Of a stretch of DNA of 64,000 nucleotides, positions 17,919 through 26,522 are shown in pieces. Position 1 is the first letter of the stretch; the number at the start of each line of letters is the position of its first letter. The position numbers were made by a program, and so were the translations under genes. Location of the stretch: assembly GCA_001595785.1 (NCBI GenBank), contig LSSJ01000021.1, forward strand, positions 5,248 to 69,247. Reading direction: 5' to 3'. A model generated the notes under the pieces. The model searched no databases. It was not told where the DNA came from and saw only the letters and a list, made by a program, of their open reading frames with translations. Origin of the DNA: Euryarchaeota archaeon SM23-78. GTDB lineage: Archaea; Nanobdellota; Nanobdellia; Woesearchaeales; SM23-78.

Positions 17919-18269
17919 ATGTTTTCACAAATTCTTGATTATCTTAGCTTGGACAATCCTCTAACCAAGGTTATTGCTCTCGCGTTCATAGTAGGAGCAG
18001 CTCATTTCATCATCACCAAGTTCTTCACCAAGTTAAAACTGCACACCAGGTTGTTCACTGCTTTTCTAGCAGCAGGGCTGACCTTTTTAGCCCAGCAGTT
18101 CGTGATGATCAACAATACTTATGTGTACTTTGCACTCGGTTTTATTGGGTTAATCTTTCTGATCATGATATTCACAAAGATATCTAGGGCACAGGAAAGA
18201 AAAAAGGCAAAGAAGGAATACATAAGTCGACCAGAGCCACCATTGACAGAGGAAAAACCAGAATCCTAA
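17919..18269 (+). CDS. hypothetical membrane protein
   Basis: 116 aa with AAAGGAGG upstream and three TM helices. Confidence 0.5.
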   Translation: MFSQILDYLSLDNPLTKVIALAFIVGAAHFIITKFFTKLKLHTRLFTAFLAAGLTFLAQQFVMINNTYVYFALGFIGLIFLIMIFTKISRAQERKKAKKEYISRPEPPLTEEKPES

Positions 18270-18418
18270 GGCCAAGGGGTTGGATTATTCTTTTAGAGTG
18301 ATTCAGCCCCTGCTTCTCTTCAAAATCAAAAAGGGGATGCTTAACAAAGAAGAACTAAGCTGACCCATTAACATAATATTCTTTAGAGTAAAAATTGTTT
18401 GAAAGGGAGGTTTCTGAC

Positions 18419-19516
18419 GTGATTAAATTCTCGATTGACAAAAAACAAAAGGAGCACAATGAAGAAGGGCAGCCTTGGTATGACACCAAGGAAGGTATTC
18501 TCAACTCCCTCAAATCATTTCCAGATTTAGTTCAGATGATTGAGGAACGTCATACAGCTGGCTATTGCAGAAATGAAAGGCTGAACCAATTCTACGTGCT
18601 GGGACGGTATTGGCTGGATAGTTGCGGAAACTGCTGCAAGGCCCAGGGCTTTATTCCCAAGGAGCAGTTCGCTGATATTCCTGATGTCCTGACTAAGGAT
18701 GAATTCTGGGATTTCATTAAAAAGCATCAGGAAGACAAAGAACTAATGATTTCATTCGTATTGCAAAGCGATATGCCTCTTCCTAACATCACCTGCCCGG
18801 TCTGTGGAAAAGGATGGGACATCCAAAACTGCCATGACACAGTTGTGTGGCACAAAACAGATGCTATATCGCTTACTGATTTTGTCGGTAAGACACTGGG
18901 ACAAGTCAAGCAGCACTATAACCAGCTCACCAATGCTATCTACAGGATGCAGTCAGACATTCTCATCCGCAATGACAGGTTCATTGATTTGTCACCCAAG
19001 TATCCCAAACCCGAACATGACTGGCAGAAGAGAATCGTGAAAAACCAAAATGGATGGGTCTCTGAAAAGGATGGGATCACAGATGACTATGTCATCCAGA
19101 AAGGCGATGAAGGCTTTTTCAACATCTGGGCCTACTATCATGGTGTGTGCAACCGCGAGCATCTGGAGAAGACAGAAGAGCAGGAATTCAGGAAAATCTT
19201 TGAGAAAGCAGGCTTCCAAGACATAAGGATGAGTGCCATTCTCAACCAGTACTGCGGATGCGACCACTGTGCTCCATGGTTCAATGTAAACACAGAGTTC
19301 GGCACAATTACGATTGGCTGGAGAAAAAGAGTTATCAACATTGACTGGAGCAAAGTTGAAGAAGCATCGCAAGCATGTGGTGAATTCCCTAAGCCCAACA
19401 TCATATCATTATTTGCAGATGAAGATGTAACAAAGGGCCAAGCCTACATTCATGCCTGGGGATGGGAGAAAGCTCAGGATTACCTGTCACGTATTCATTC
19501 TCATCTTGCTAGCTAA
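18419..19516 (+). CDS. hypothetical Cys-rich protein
   Basis: I prefer the GTG at 18419, which lies 8 nt after AAGGGAGG. Several Cys clusters (CGNCCKAQG, CPVCGKGW..NCH, CGCDHC). No family recognised. Confidence 0.5.
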   Translation: MIKFSIDKKQKEHNEEGQPWYDTKEGILNSLKSFPDLVQMIEERHTAGYCRNERLNQFYVLGRYWLDSCGNCCKAQGFIPKEQFADIPDVLTKDEFWDFIKKHQEDKELMISFVLQSDMPLPNITCPVCGKGWDIQNCHDTVVWHKTDAISLTDFVGKTLGQVKQHYNQLTNAIYRMQSDILIRNDRFIDLSPKYPKPEHDWQKRIVKNQNGWVSEKDGITDDYVIQKGDEGFFNIWAYYHGVCNREHLEKTEEQEFRKIFEKAGFQDIRMSAILNQYCGCDHCAPWFNVNTEFGTITIGWRKRVINIDWSKVEEASQACGEFPKPNIISLFADEDVTKGQAYIHAWGWEKAQDYLSRIHSHLAS

Positions 19517-19648
19517 TCTGGCAAAAAAAGTAGAACAGAATAAGAAGGGAGGAAGTACGATAGTCCTAGGGGAGCTATCTGGGTCAGTTGACTTGTGATA
19601 AGGGAAGTCCTGGCCCCTTCCTCTCTCTTCAAAACTAAAGGAGGTATT

Positions 19649-21034
19649 ATGAGAAGATTTGATTATGAGGGCCCAGTGGTTTCCTCTTTTTGGGACAAAT
19701 TCAAACACACCCTGAGAACAACTTCTATTGAGATCCTTATTCTTGCCTTAATCGGAGGAGGTATTGGTTTTTATCTCTCCTTTAAGGCAGAAAAAAGAAG
19801 AGAGGGTAATATTCCTATTGGCTTCTCTGAAATCTCTCAGATTGAAAGAGATGCTGTAGCAAAGGATAGCCAACTCTCAGAGCTGAACAAATTCCTTCCT
19901 CTTGTGAATGATTTCTTCATGAAGATAGCAGAGAGCTGGAACAACGCCCATCAAAAGAAAAGCACTGTTCCAATAAGTGATATTTATGCTGGCTCTGAAA
20001 AACCAAGCAAAAGAACTCTGTACACTCGATTTGCTGAAAACCTTTATCCTCGAATGAACATTCAATTCAGACAATACCATTACGAGTTAAAGGATATTGT
20101 AGACCTACTACCTGTACTCGCAAATGCTGTCATTAAAGGACTCTCTGATTATCGCACTGTTTGCCAAAGTCTTCCTGCTGTTATTAACAACTTTGACAGA
20201 GCCTGGGATTATGACCCAGACCATAAGTATAAAACTGAGGTTAGAACCAGGACAGGTATAGATATGGACGGCAATCCAACAGTTGAGATTTATACAGAAG
20301 AAGTGTATTCACACACCATCCACACTTATGACTATCACCAGGAATACGGTAATAAAGCCTCTTATCAGTTAACAGCGCTGGTATCCAAATACCCTGTGCT
20401 TAAGCTGAAGAAAGGATTAATGATAGCGTCTGAAACTCATGAGGAAGGAAGAAGAGCTGCTGCTGAAAGCAGAAGAAAAAAATCTCCTGAAACAGAAGAA
20501 GAATACAGGATGATAGCAAGCATTTGGAGAAAAGGCTCAACCCTAAAAATTGCAGTTGATAATATAAATCCTGTATGGCCAGTACTTGTACGTGGAGCAG
20601 ACAATTGGAGCTCTGTAAAAGATAATGTCTGGAAAAATACTAATGGCAAAAACAGGTATCGTTACAGAACTAACAGAAGAAGCAATCCAGGTCCAAAAGA
20701 ATACCAAGTAGCAGAAACAAACCTGCAAAATGCAAGACAAGTAAAGCAAAACATAGACCAAATGTTCCAAGGCATCAATTATGTCAAAACCCAGATTCCT
20801 CTTCTTGAACAAAAAATCAAAGAGATAATTGATATTGAAGTTGAGCGTGTAATACAAGGTGACAGCAAAAAGCTCACAGATGATATTATAAGCATTGCAA
20901 GAGAAATGTACGAGCTGAACTTTAGCAAAGGCTTTGATGTGAAAGGTTTCAGAGCTGGTATGGTCGTGCTTTTCAGTTTTCTCGGAATCATTGCTGGGAT
21001 CGGTCTTGGAATTCTCTGGGATCGATTGACATAG
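19649..21034 (+). CDS. hypothetical protein with N- and C-terminal TM anchors
   Basis: ATG at 19649 lies 5 nt after AAAGGAGG. TM helices at ILILALIGGGIGFYLSF and MVVLFSFLGIIAGIGLGILW. No family recognised. Confidence 0.5.
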   Translation: MRRFDYEGPVVSSFWDKFKHTLRTTSIEILILALIGGGIGFYLSFKAEKRREGNIPIGFSEISQIERDAVAKDSQLSELNKFLPLVNDFFMKIAESWNNAHQKKSTVPISDIYAGSEKPSKRTLYTRFAENLYPRMNIQFRQYHYELKDIVDLLPVLANAVIKGLSDYRTVCQSLPAVINNFDRAWDYDPDHKYKTEVRTRTGIDMDGNPTVEIYTEEVYSHTIHTYDYHQEYGNKASYQLTALVSKYPVLKLKKGLMIASETHEEGRRAAAESRRKKSPETEEEYRMIASIWRKGSTLKIAVDNINPVWPVLVRGADNWSSVKDNVWKNTNGKNRYRYRTNRRSNPGPKEYQVAETNLQNARQVKQNIDQMFQGINYVKTQIPLLEQKIKEIIDIEVERVIQGDSKKLTDDIISIAREMYELNFSKGFDVKGFRAGMVVLFSFLGIIAGIGLGILWDRLT

Positions 21035-21057
21035 AGACCAAAAAAAGGAGGAATATC

Positions 21058-21288
21058 ATGAATATTTTCATTGCTTTGCTTCTTTCTGTAGTCATCGGAT
21101 TTGTAGTCGGAAAAATCCTAGGACCAGGTAAGGATTTTTCATGGCTTGCATTTGGTGTTGCACTATTTGTTTGCCTTGGAGGTGTGGGCCTGATCTTTGG
21201 GCTTGCCTGGTGGATTATCAAAATCATCTTCTTTGGGTGTTTGGTTGTCCTGTTGATCTTGATCATCAGGAAAATCTTTGGCAAATAG
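21058..21288 (+). CDS. hypothetical small membrane protein
   Basis: 76 aa with AAAGGAGG upstream and three hydrophobic helices. Confidence 0.5.
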   Translation: MNIFIALLLSVVIGFVVGKILGPGKDFSWLAFGVALFVCLGGVGLIFGLAWWIIKIIFFGCLVVLLILIIRKIFGK

Positions 21289-21442
21289 AAAGAAGCAGAA
21301 ACCTTAAGAGTGAAATTAGGGGTGTTCTTTTTTGTCTTATGATAAGAGAGACGCCCCTTTCCTCTTTTCAAAAAATCAAAGAGAAAGTAATCTGGCATTC
21401 TATGCTATTGATATAGATAATCTACAAGTATAGGAAGAAAAT

Positions 21443-21679
21443 GTGAATATTCCTTTTGATTTTATTGCTGATCATTGGTGGGTTTGGCTTATCTGTTTTG
21501 TTGTCTGCATCATTCTTACCATAATCCTTTTTGTTAAATCTCGTGTAACCAATTTATCTGGCACAGTAGATATCAAGTTCTCTGTGTTTATGTTTATTGG
21601 TCTTCTTAATCTGGCAAGCGTGGCACTGCTATTCATAGCCGTGGTTGTGCAGATAATCAGGTATGCCAAGACTTTGTAA
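21443..21679 (+). CDS. hypothetical small membrane protein
   Basis: 78 aa with a GTG start and a weak SD. Two TM helices. Confidence 0.35.
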   Translation: MNIPFDFIADHWWVWLICFVVCIILTIILFVKSRVTNLSGTVDIKFSVFMFIGLLNLASVALLFIAVVVQIIRYAKTL

Positions 21680-21893
21680 GAAGACAAAATACAATGTGCT
21701 ACTTGATGTGTAGAGGCGGAGAGTACATAGGAAATTTGGTCTGGAAAAAGGATGAACCTGAAAACTCAGAAGGTTAAGAACAAGCGGGCTGGAATCAATT
21801 TCTTAATTTTTAAGATTTTGATGAAGGCCCTTTCTCTCTCAGTTTTTTTTTGAAATATTTGTTTTCTATATAGAAAATAATAATCTGTTTTAC

Positions 21894-21917
21894 CTCGCGA
21901 GCTTTGCGAGCGAGCAA
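21894..21917 (+). repeat. GA-flanked hairpin repeat, solo copy 1 (CTCGC-GA-GC-TTT-GC-GA-GCGAG-CAA)
   Basis: Identical over 25 nt to the copy at 63707-63731. First element of the archaeal-side repeat family, 45 nt upstream of the RHH gene. Confidence 0.7.
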
Positions 21918-21961
21918 ATCCAAAACATTTATATATACTAAAACATTACAATTCAATTACA

Positions 21962-22231
21962 ATGGTAATGGATACTTTGCAAATAAGATTAACACAGGAA
22001 ATGATAAAACTAATAGATTCGTTTGTAAAAAAAGGCATATACAACAGCAGATCTGATGTGATAAGAGATGCTGTCAGAAGACTTGTGTGGAAGAAAGAAG
22101 TAGGAACAATCCCAAACACAGGAGACTCTGTCAAAGAAATAAGAGAGATAAGAAAAAAGCTTTCAAAAGAAATAAAGAGCTTCAAAGACATAGAAAAAAT
22201 CAATAAAGAATTCAAACATCTAATCAAATAA
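21962..22231 (+). CDS. CopG/RHH-family DNA-binding protein (antitoxin-like)
   Basis: N-terminal ribbon-helix-helix pattern LQIRLTQEMIKLIDSFVKKGIYNSRSDVIRDAVRRLV. Confidence 0.65.
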   Translation: MVMDTLQIRLTQEMIKLIDSFVKKGIYNSRSDVIRDAVRRLVWKKEVGTIPNTGDSVKEIREIRKKLSKEIKSFKDIEKINKEFKHLIK

Positions 22232-22667
22232 AGTCCTCTGGCATGCCTACTCTAATAATTTTTTTTGCAACTTTAATTAATTTTTTATCTCTAGTTACAA
22301 GTGTAAAGTTAAATCTCTTACATACTGCTATGTGTAAACAATCCATAAAGCTTATGTCATAACAAGAATTAGATTCTAATTCCCTAGCAAAGGCATAATC
22401 TTCTTTAGTAGCCTTCACAAATCTAAAATATTTCTCCTTATTAAACAGAGATGTTTTTTGTTTAAACAATTCCTTATTTTTAATCTTAAACCACAATTCT
22501 TTAAGAACAAAACCCGAGTATATTACTTCTTTATTATTTGAACAAGAAACATTTTCAAGAAAATTCCTTGACATTTCCCAAAAGAGCTTATTTTTATCTT
22601 TACCTATTTCCTTCCACCAAATATTAAGGTAAACACAAGCATCTAGATAATAAGATTCTTTATTCAT
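22224..22667 (-). CDS. PIN-domain protein (VapC-like)
   Basis: YYLDACVYLN (first acidic residue) and DCLHIAVCKRFNFTLVTRDKKL (C-terminal TxD). 147 aa. Confidence 0.6.
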   Translation of the reverse strand: MNKESYYLDACVYLNIWWKEIGKDKNKLFWEMSRNFLENVSCSNNKEVIYSGFVLKELWFKIKNKELFKQKTSLFNKEKYFRFVKATKEDYAFARELESNSCYDISFMDCLHIAVCKRFNFTLVTRDKKLIKVAKKIIRVGMPEDFI

Positions 22668-22746
22668 GCCAAGAATCAGTCAGCCAAGTGCTTAATATAT
22701 TCTTCACATAATTTTTCGAAACAAAAAAGAATTATTCGTAACTTTT

Positions 22747-24066
22747 TCAAAAGAAATCTCCTAACCCCGTCTGACTCTTCTTAACAGGCTCTTGCGGCTC
22801 TGCCGCAAGCTCAGAATCTTGTTTTGATTCTGTTGCTGGTTTAGGTTTGTCTTCCTTAAAAGCCTCTTCTCCATTAAGCAAAGGAACCCCGTATTCACCA
22901 TCAAAGCCAGGCTTAATCTCAAGTTTGCCTTCTCTGTTCTTTAAAATGGTATCAACCATCTTTTCATCAGCAACCTTGATAAGTTCTTCCTTAGGAACCT
23001 TAAGCAAGATGTCAAACTCATTCTTACCAGCCTTTAAGATTTCATAATACTTTACCCATACCTTCTTAGTAGCCATCCCGCTTTTTAGAACAAGCGATAA
23101 TATTTCATGCAAAGGAATAATCTTTTTAAAAGGCTTAGCATCTTTAGATTTTTCACCTATTTTTCTATCAGCTAATTCATCAACACGATTAAGAACACCA
23201 ATAGTTAAGGGGCGCTTACAAACAGGACACATACCATTATGCTTCTTACTTTCTTCAGGACTAAAACTAATCCCACAGTTCCTATGCCCATCAAAATGAT
23301 ACTTGCCATAGTTAGGGTCAACCTCTATGGTTTCAACTAATCCTTCATCTGTGCGTAAGGCTTTGATAAGGTTATTGTAAGTCAACTCTTTTAACTCAAA
23401 AACAGTTGATTCCCGCCCGATACGCCAAGGCCAAAAACTATGACTATCAGAAAAACTAACAAGACGATACTTATCAAGCTTTGATAAGCGCCAATTCATC
23501 TCAGGGTCACTGCTAAGACCTGTCTCTAAAGCATGAATATACTTTGCTTTATCACCAAAGCACTCCTCAACACTGTCAAAACCAGATTTAGAACCAAACA
23601 AGCTAAACCAAGGAGTCCAGATATGAGCAGGAATAATCTCAATATCTTCACTTATCTTCATCAATGCTTCAACAAACTCAGAGCAAGGAATATTAAACAT
23701 AGGTCTACCATCATAATCAACTCTTCCCTTAGATTTAAGATACTCAGTAATCTTATCAACTATCTCAAAGCTAGGAGCAAGCACAACAAGATGGATTCTT
23801 CTACCTTTATACTTCTGAGTATAGATGAGTGATATTTCATTCTGTAAAACAAAAGGAAAGCCATCCTTTGTCTTTAAAATACCAGTGCCATCCTCTTTAA
23901 GCTCTTTTTTCAGCTCCTTCTGCCATTCAGGATGAGAAAAATCACCAGTGCCGAGCAAACCCAAACCCTTAACCTTAGCCCATTTCTCAAGATTAGGAAT
24001 AGATAACTCTGCACTGCAAGCCCTTGAATACCTAGAATGCAGGTGTAAATCAGCTATTATTCTCAT
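22747..24066 (-). CDS. endoQ: endonuclease Q-like PHP-domain nuclease with zinc ribbon
   Basis: N-terminal DLHLHSRYSRA.. PHP motif, GTGD, SFSDSHS, a CPVCKRPLTIGVLNRV zinc finger, and a C-terminal GFDGEYG. Length (439 aa) and motif order match the archaeal EndoQ family. Confidence 0.75.
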   Translation of the reverse strand: MRIIADLHLHSRYSRACSAELSIPNLEKWAKVKGLGLLGTGDFSHPEWQKELKKELKEDGTGILKTKDGFPFVLQNEISLIYTQKYKGRRIHLVVLAPSFEIVDKITEYLKSKGRVDYDGRPMFNIPCSEFVEALMKISEDIEIIPAHIWTPWFSLFGSKSGFDSVEECFGDKAKYIHALETGLSSDPEMNWRLSKLDKYRLVSFSDSHSFWPWRIGRESTVFELKELTYNNLIKALRTDEGLVETIEVDPNYGKYHFDGHRNCGISFSPEESKKHNGMCPVCKRPLTIGVLNRVDELADRKIGEKSKDAKPFKKIIPLHEILSLVLKSGMATKKVWVKYYEILKAGKNEFDILLKVPKEELIKVADEKMVDTILKNREGKLEIKPGFDGEYGVPLLNGEEAFKEDKPKPATESKQDSELAAEPQEPVKKSQTGLGDFF

Positions 24067-24103
24067 AGTTAATTGCAGAATAAGTTATTATATATAAATA
24101 TTT

Positions 24104-26362
24104 TTAACCCTTCACTAACTCACTTATCAAGAACTTAAGCTCAACTATCATATCTTGCTTTTGCTCAGCAGCAACATAGGTGGCTAAGGGCAGTATCTCT
24201 GCTTTTTTATAAAAACCAGCAAACAGTATCTTTAAGAACAAGGGAATACCTGAGGATCTTAGCTTCATATTAAAGATATTATCATCAAACTCTTCTGGCA
24301 AGCCTAGGACTGCAGAATAGATTCTTAGCACTCTCTCATACACCTCTTTATCACCAACATCAAGCCTCTTGCCCAGCTCTGTTAACTCATTAATAAAGCC
24401 TTTAGCAACATCCTCACCAATCACAAGAGACTTTTTTCTCAGCTTTCTAAACAATCTATTCATCTCAATAAGAAAGGTAAAGCTGGTGTTATGTTCATAT
24501 AAGCCTCTAGCCCTCTCAGGATTCGCAAGTAAATAAAAGAAATAAGTGACAAAACCAAGGGGAATAACTGCTATGACTATAATAAGGATCAGAAAGAACA
24601 CAAAGAATCTTTGGAAATAATCATTAAGCGTACACTTCCTACACTCTCCTCCACAATCAACCAACCTTTCATCACCGTTCTTAATCCCATCATCACAAGT
24701 AGGACAAGGCTTGCAAAGCCCTCCACAGTCAACCCCTAATTCTCCACCGTTCTGAATACCATCAAAACAAGTACCACAACGCTTAGCACAAGGACCACCA
24801 CAATCAATACCCTCCTCACCCTGATTCCGGATACTATCATTACAGCTAGGAAAACTGCACACTAAATACTCACACCTCAGACTCTCACAGTCCTTGTTCT
24901 TTAAACAACTCTTACCTCCAGGGCACCTAGAACAAGGACCACCACAATCAATATCGCTCTCATTCTGGTTCTTAAGGCCATCAGTACAAGAAGGACAAGG
25001 CTCACAAGGACCACCACAATCAACACCCCCCTCACCCTGATTCTGGATACTATCATTACAAGTAGGACAAGGCTCACAAGGACCACCACAATCAACACCC
25101 TCCTCAATCCCGTTTTTTAAGCCATCATCACAAGTGGCATTGTAATCACACTGCCTTATCTCATCAGGCTTGGTTCGATTATCATTACAGTCATTAAGAT
25201 CAGTACAGTTTCTGAACATAAAACCTGCAGGCATACAAGGACTCCACTCAGTACAGTTCCAATCAGGGTCACACCCAACATGGTCTTGCTCTTCACACAC
25301 ACCACAATCAAAAGGACAAGTATGGCAGTCTTCTACTAAACTACACACATAGTCACCGCAGAAATCAGTTGTAGAAGTCTCTCTTAAGTCATTGAATTGG
25401 TCAGAAGTAACTACATCAACCCCTACAATATTACTCTCAGTGCTTAGATTCAGAATATCATAAGCAGTAAAAACAAAATAAGCACGACCCTTAGTGTTAT
25501 TCATAGGAGAATAAGTAATAAAGCCAGTTCTATCAATAATCACACTTATATTAGCATAAACAATTCCTGGTAATTCATAAGCAGGATTAACCTGTTTATA
25601 CTCAAATCTAAGTCGTCCACCATCAGGGTCTGCAAAGTAATCATTAAGATTATAAGCACCCGCATCTGTATTCTTAAAAAGAATAAAGCCAGGAATAAAG
25701 AACATTAACACAGGGGGTCTATTAACCTTTGATATCTGAACATACCATGTTTCAGTGTCAGAGAGGTTATGAGTATCAGTCACTCTTACACTAATCTCAT
25801 GTACCCCTGCATATTTATAACCTGGTCTAAAAGTAAAAACTGTTTCATTAATTGATTCATTAAAAAGGTCAGAGTCAATAAACCATTCATAAGTAAGAGA
25901 GTCATTAACATCCCTGTCCCTTGCTTTTGCACTAAAATCCAGATGTTGGGTCTGATTAATCTCAACAGTAGAATTAATGGGTTTATAAGAAGTAAACTCA
26001 GGTCTATCCCAGACTTTAAGCGTAATCACCAAGGTATATGCACAATCCTCTATAACAGCAATCAAGCCTATCCTCGCACTCCCAACATCATCAGAGCTAG
26101 GAGTAAACTTCATAACACCATCATTATTAATATATATTCCTGTTAATCTCCTATCAAGGAAAGCAATATTGTAAGAAACATTTTCTTCATCCATATTGGA
26201 AAGATTAAAATCATACTCAAACAATTCATCTTCTGCTAGTTCAAAATAATTAATAGGCTTAATTATAGGAGTGTTCTTTGAGTCACACACAGCAGATAAC
26301 AGGCCTAAGCCTAATAAGAATAAAATTAGTAATACACCTATCAAAAAGGCATTCTTGTTCAC
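24104..26362 (-). CDS. large surface protein: signal/TM, Ig-like region, six Cys-rich DCGG modules, TM helix, cytoplasmic tail
   Basis: 752 aa. Six units of about 24 aa, CxDG(I/L)(K/Q)N(G/Q)xExxxDCGGxCxxC. TM helix FFVFFLILIIVIAVIPLGFVTYFFYLL near residue 600. Confidence 0.7.
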   Translation of the reverse strand: MNKNAFLIGVLLILFLLGLGLLSAVCDSKNTPIIKPINYFELAEDELFEYDFNLSNMDEENVSYNIAFLDRRLTGIYINNDGVMKFTPSSDDVGSARIGLIAVIEDCAYTLVITLKVWDRPEFTSYKPINSTVEINQTQHLDFSAKARDRDVNDSLTYEWFIDSDLFNESINETVFTFRPGYKYAGVHEISVRVTDTHNLSDTETWYVQISKVNRPPVLMFFIPGFILFKNTDAGAYNLNDYFADPDGGRLRFEYKQVNPAYELPGIVYANISVIIDRTGFITYSPMNNTKGRAYFVFTAYDILNLSTESNIVGVDVVTSDQFNDLRETSTTDFCGDYVCSLVEDCHTCPFDCGVCEEQDHVGCDPDWNCTEWSPCMPAGFMFRNCTDLNDCNDNRTKPDEIRQCDYNATCDDGLKNGIEEGVDCGGPCEPCPTCNDSIQNQGEGGVDCGGPCEPCPSCTDGLKNQNESDIDCGGPCSRCPGGKSCLKNKDCESLRCEYLVCSFPSCNDSIRNQGEEGIDCGGPCAKRCGTCFDGIQNGGELGVDCGGLCKPCPTCDDGIKNGDERLVDCGGECRKCTLNDYFQRFFVFFLILIIVIAVIPLGFVTYFFYLLANPERARGLYEHNTSFTFLIEMNRLFRKLRKKSLVIGEDVAKGFINELTELGKRLDVGDKEVYERVLRIYSAVLGLPEEFDDNIFNMKLRSSGIPLFLKILFAGFYKKAEILPLATYVAAEQKQDMIVELKFLISELVKG
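24632..25132 (-). repeat. tandem coding repeat (about 72-nt units) encoding DCGG Cys-rich modules
   Basis: Six modules from CDDGLKNGIEEGVDCGGPCEPCPT to CDDGIKNGDERLVDCGGECRKC. The off-frame ORF 24901-25107 shows the same periodicity (VLIVVVLVSLVLLV x3). Confidence 0.75.
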
Positions 26363-26522
26363 TACTATACCTCTTTTTTTATTATATACCTTTCCTTGGC
26401 ATCAGAAATATATAAAGATAATGGTTTTAGCATAGAAAATAAAAATTAAAGCAAAACATTAATAAACATCCCATAATAATTTATTTGCAAGGAAAGAGGT
26501 GAGCCTTAACTTGTACTACAAC

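Noticed and set aside
21141-21416. Tracked ORFs 21141-21416 (+) and 20988-21398 (-)
   Set aside because: They overlap the better-supported SD-preceded 21058-21288 gene and the terminator-like motif. They have no start signals.
24632-25132. Possible CRISPR-like periodic repeat
   Set aside because: The period of about 72 nt lies inside a long ORF and encodes the DCGG Cys modules. There are no unique spacers and no cas genes, so it is a coding tandem repeat.
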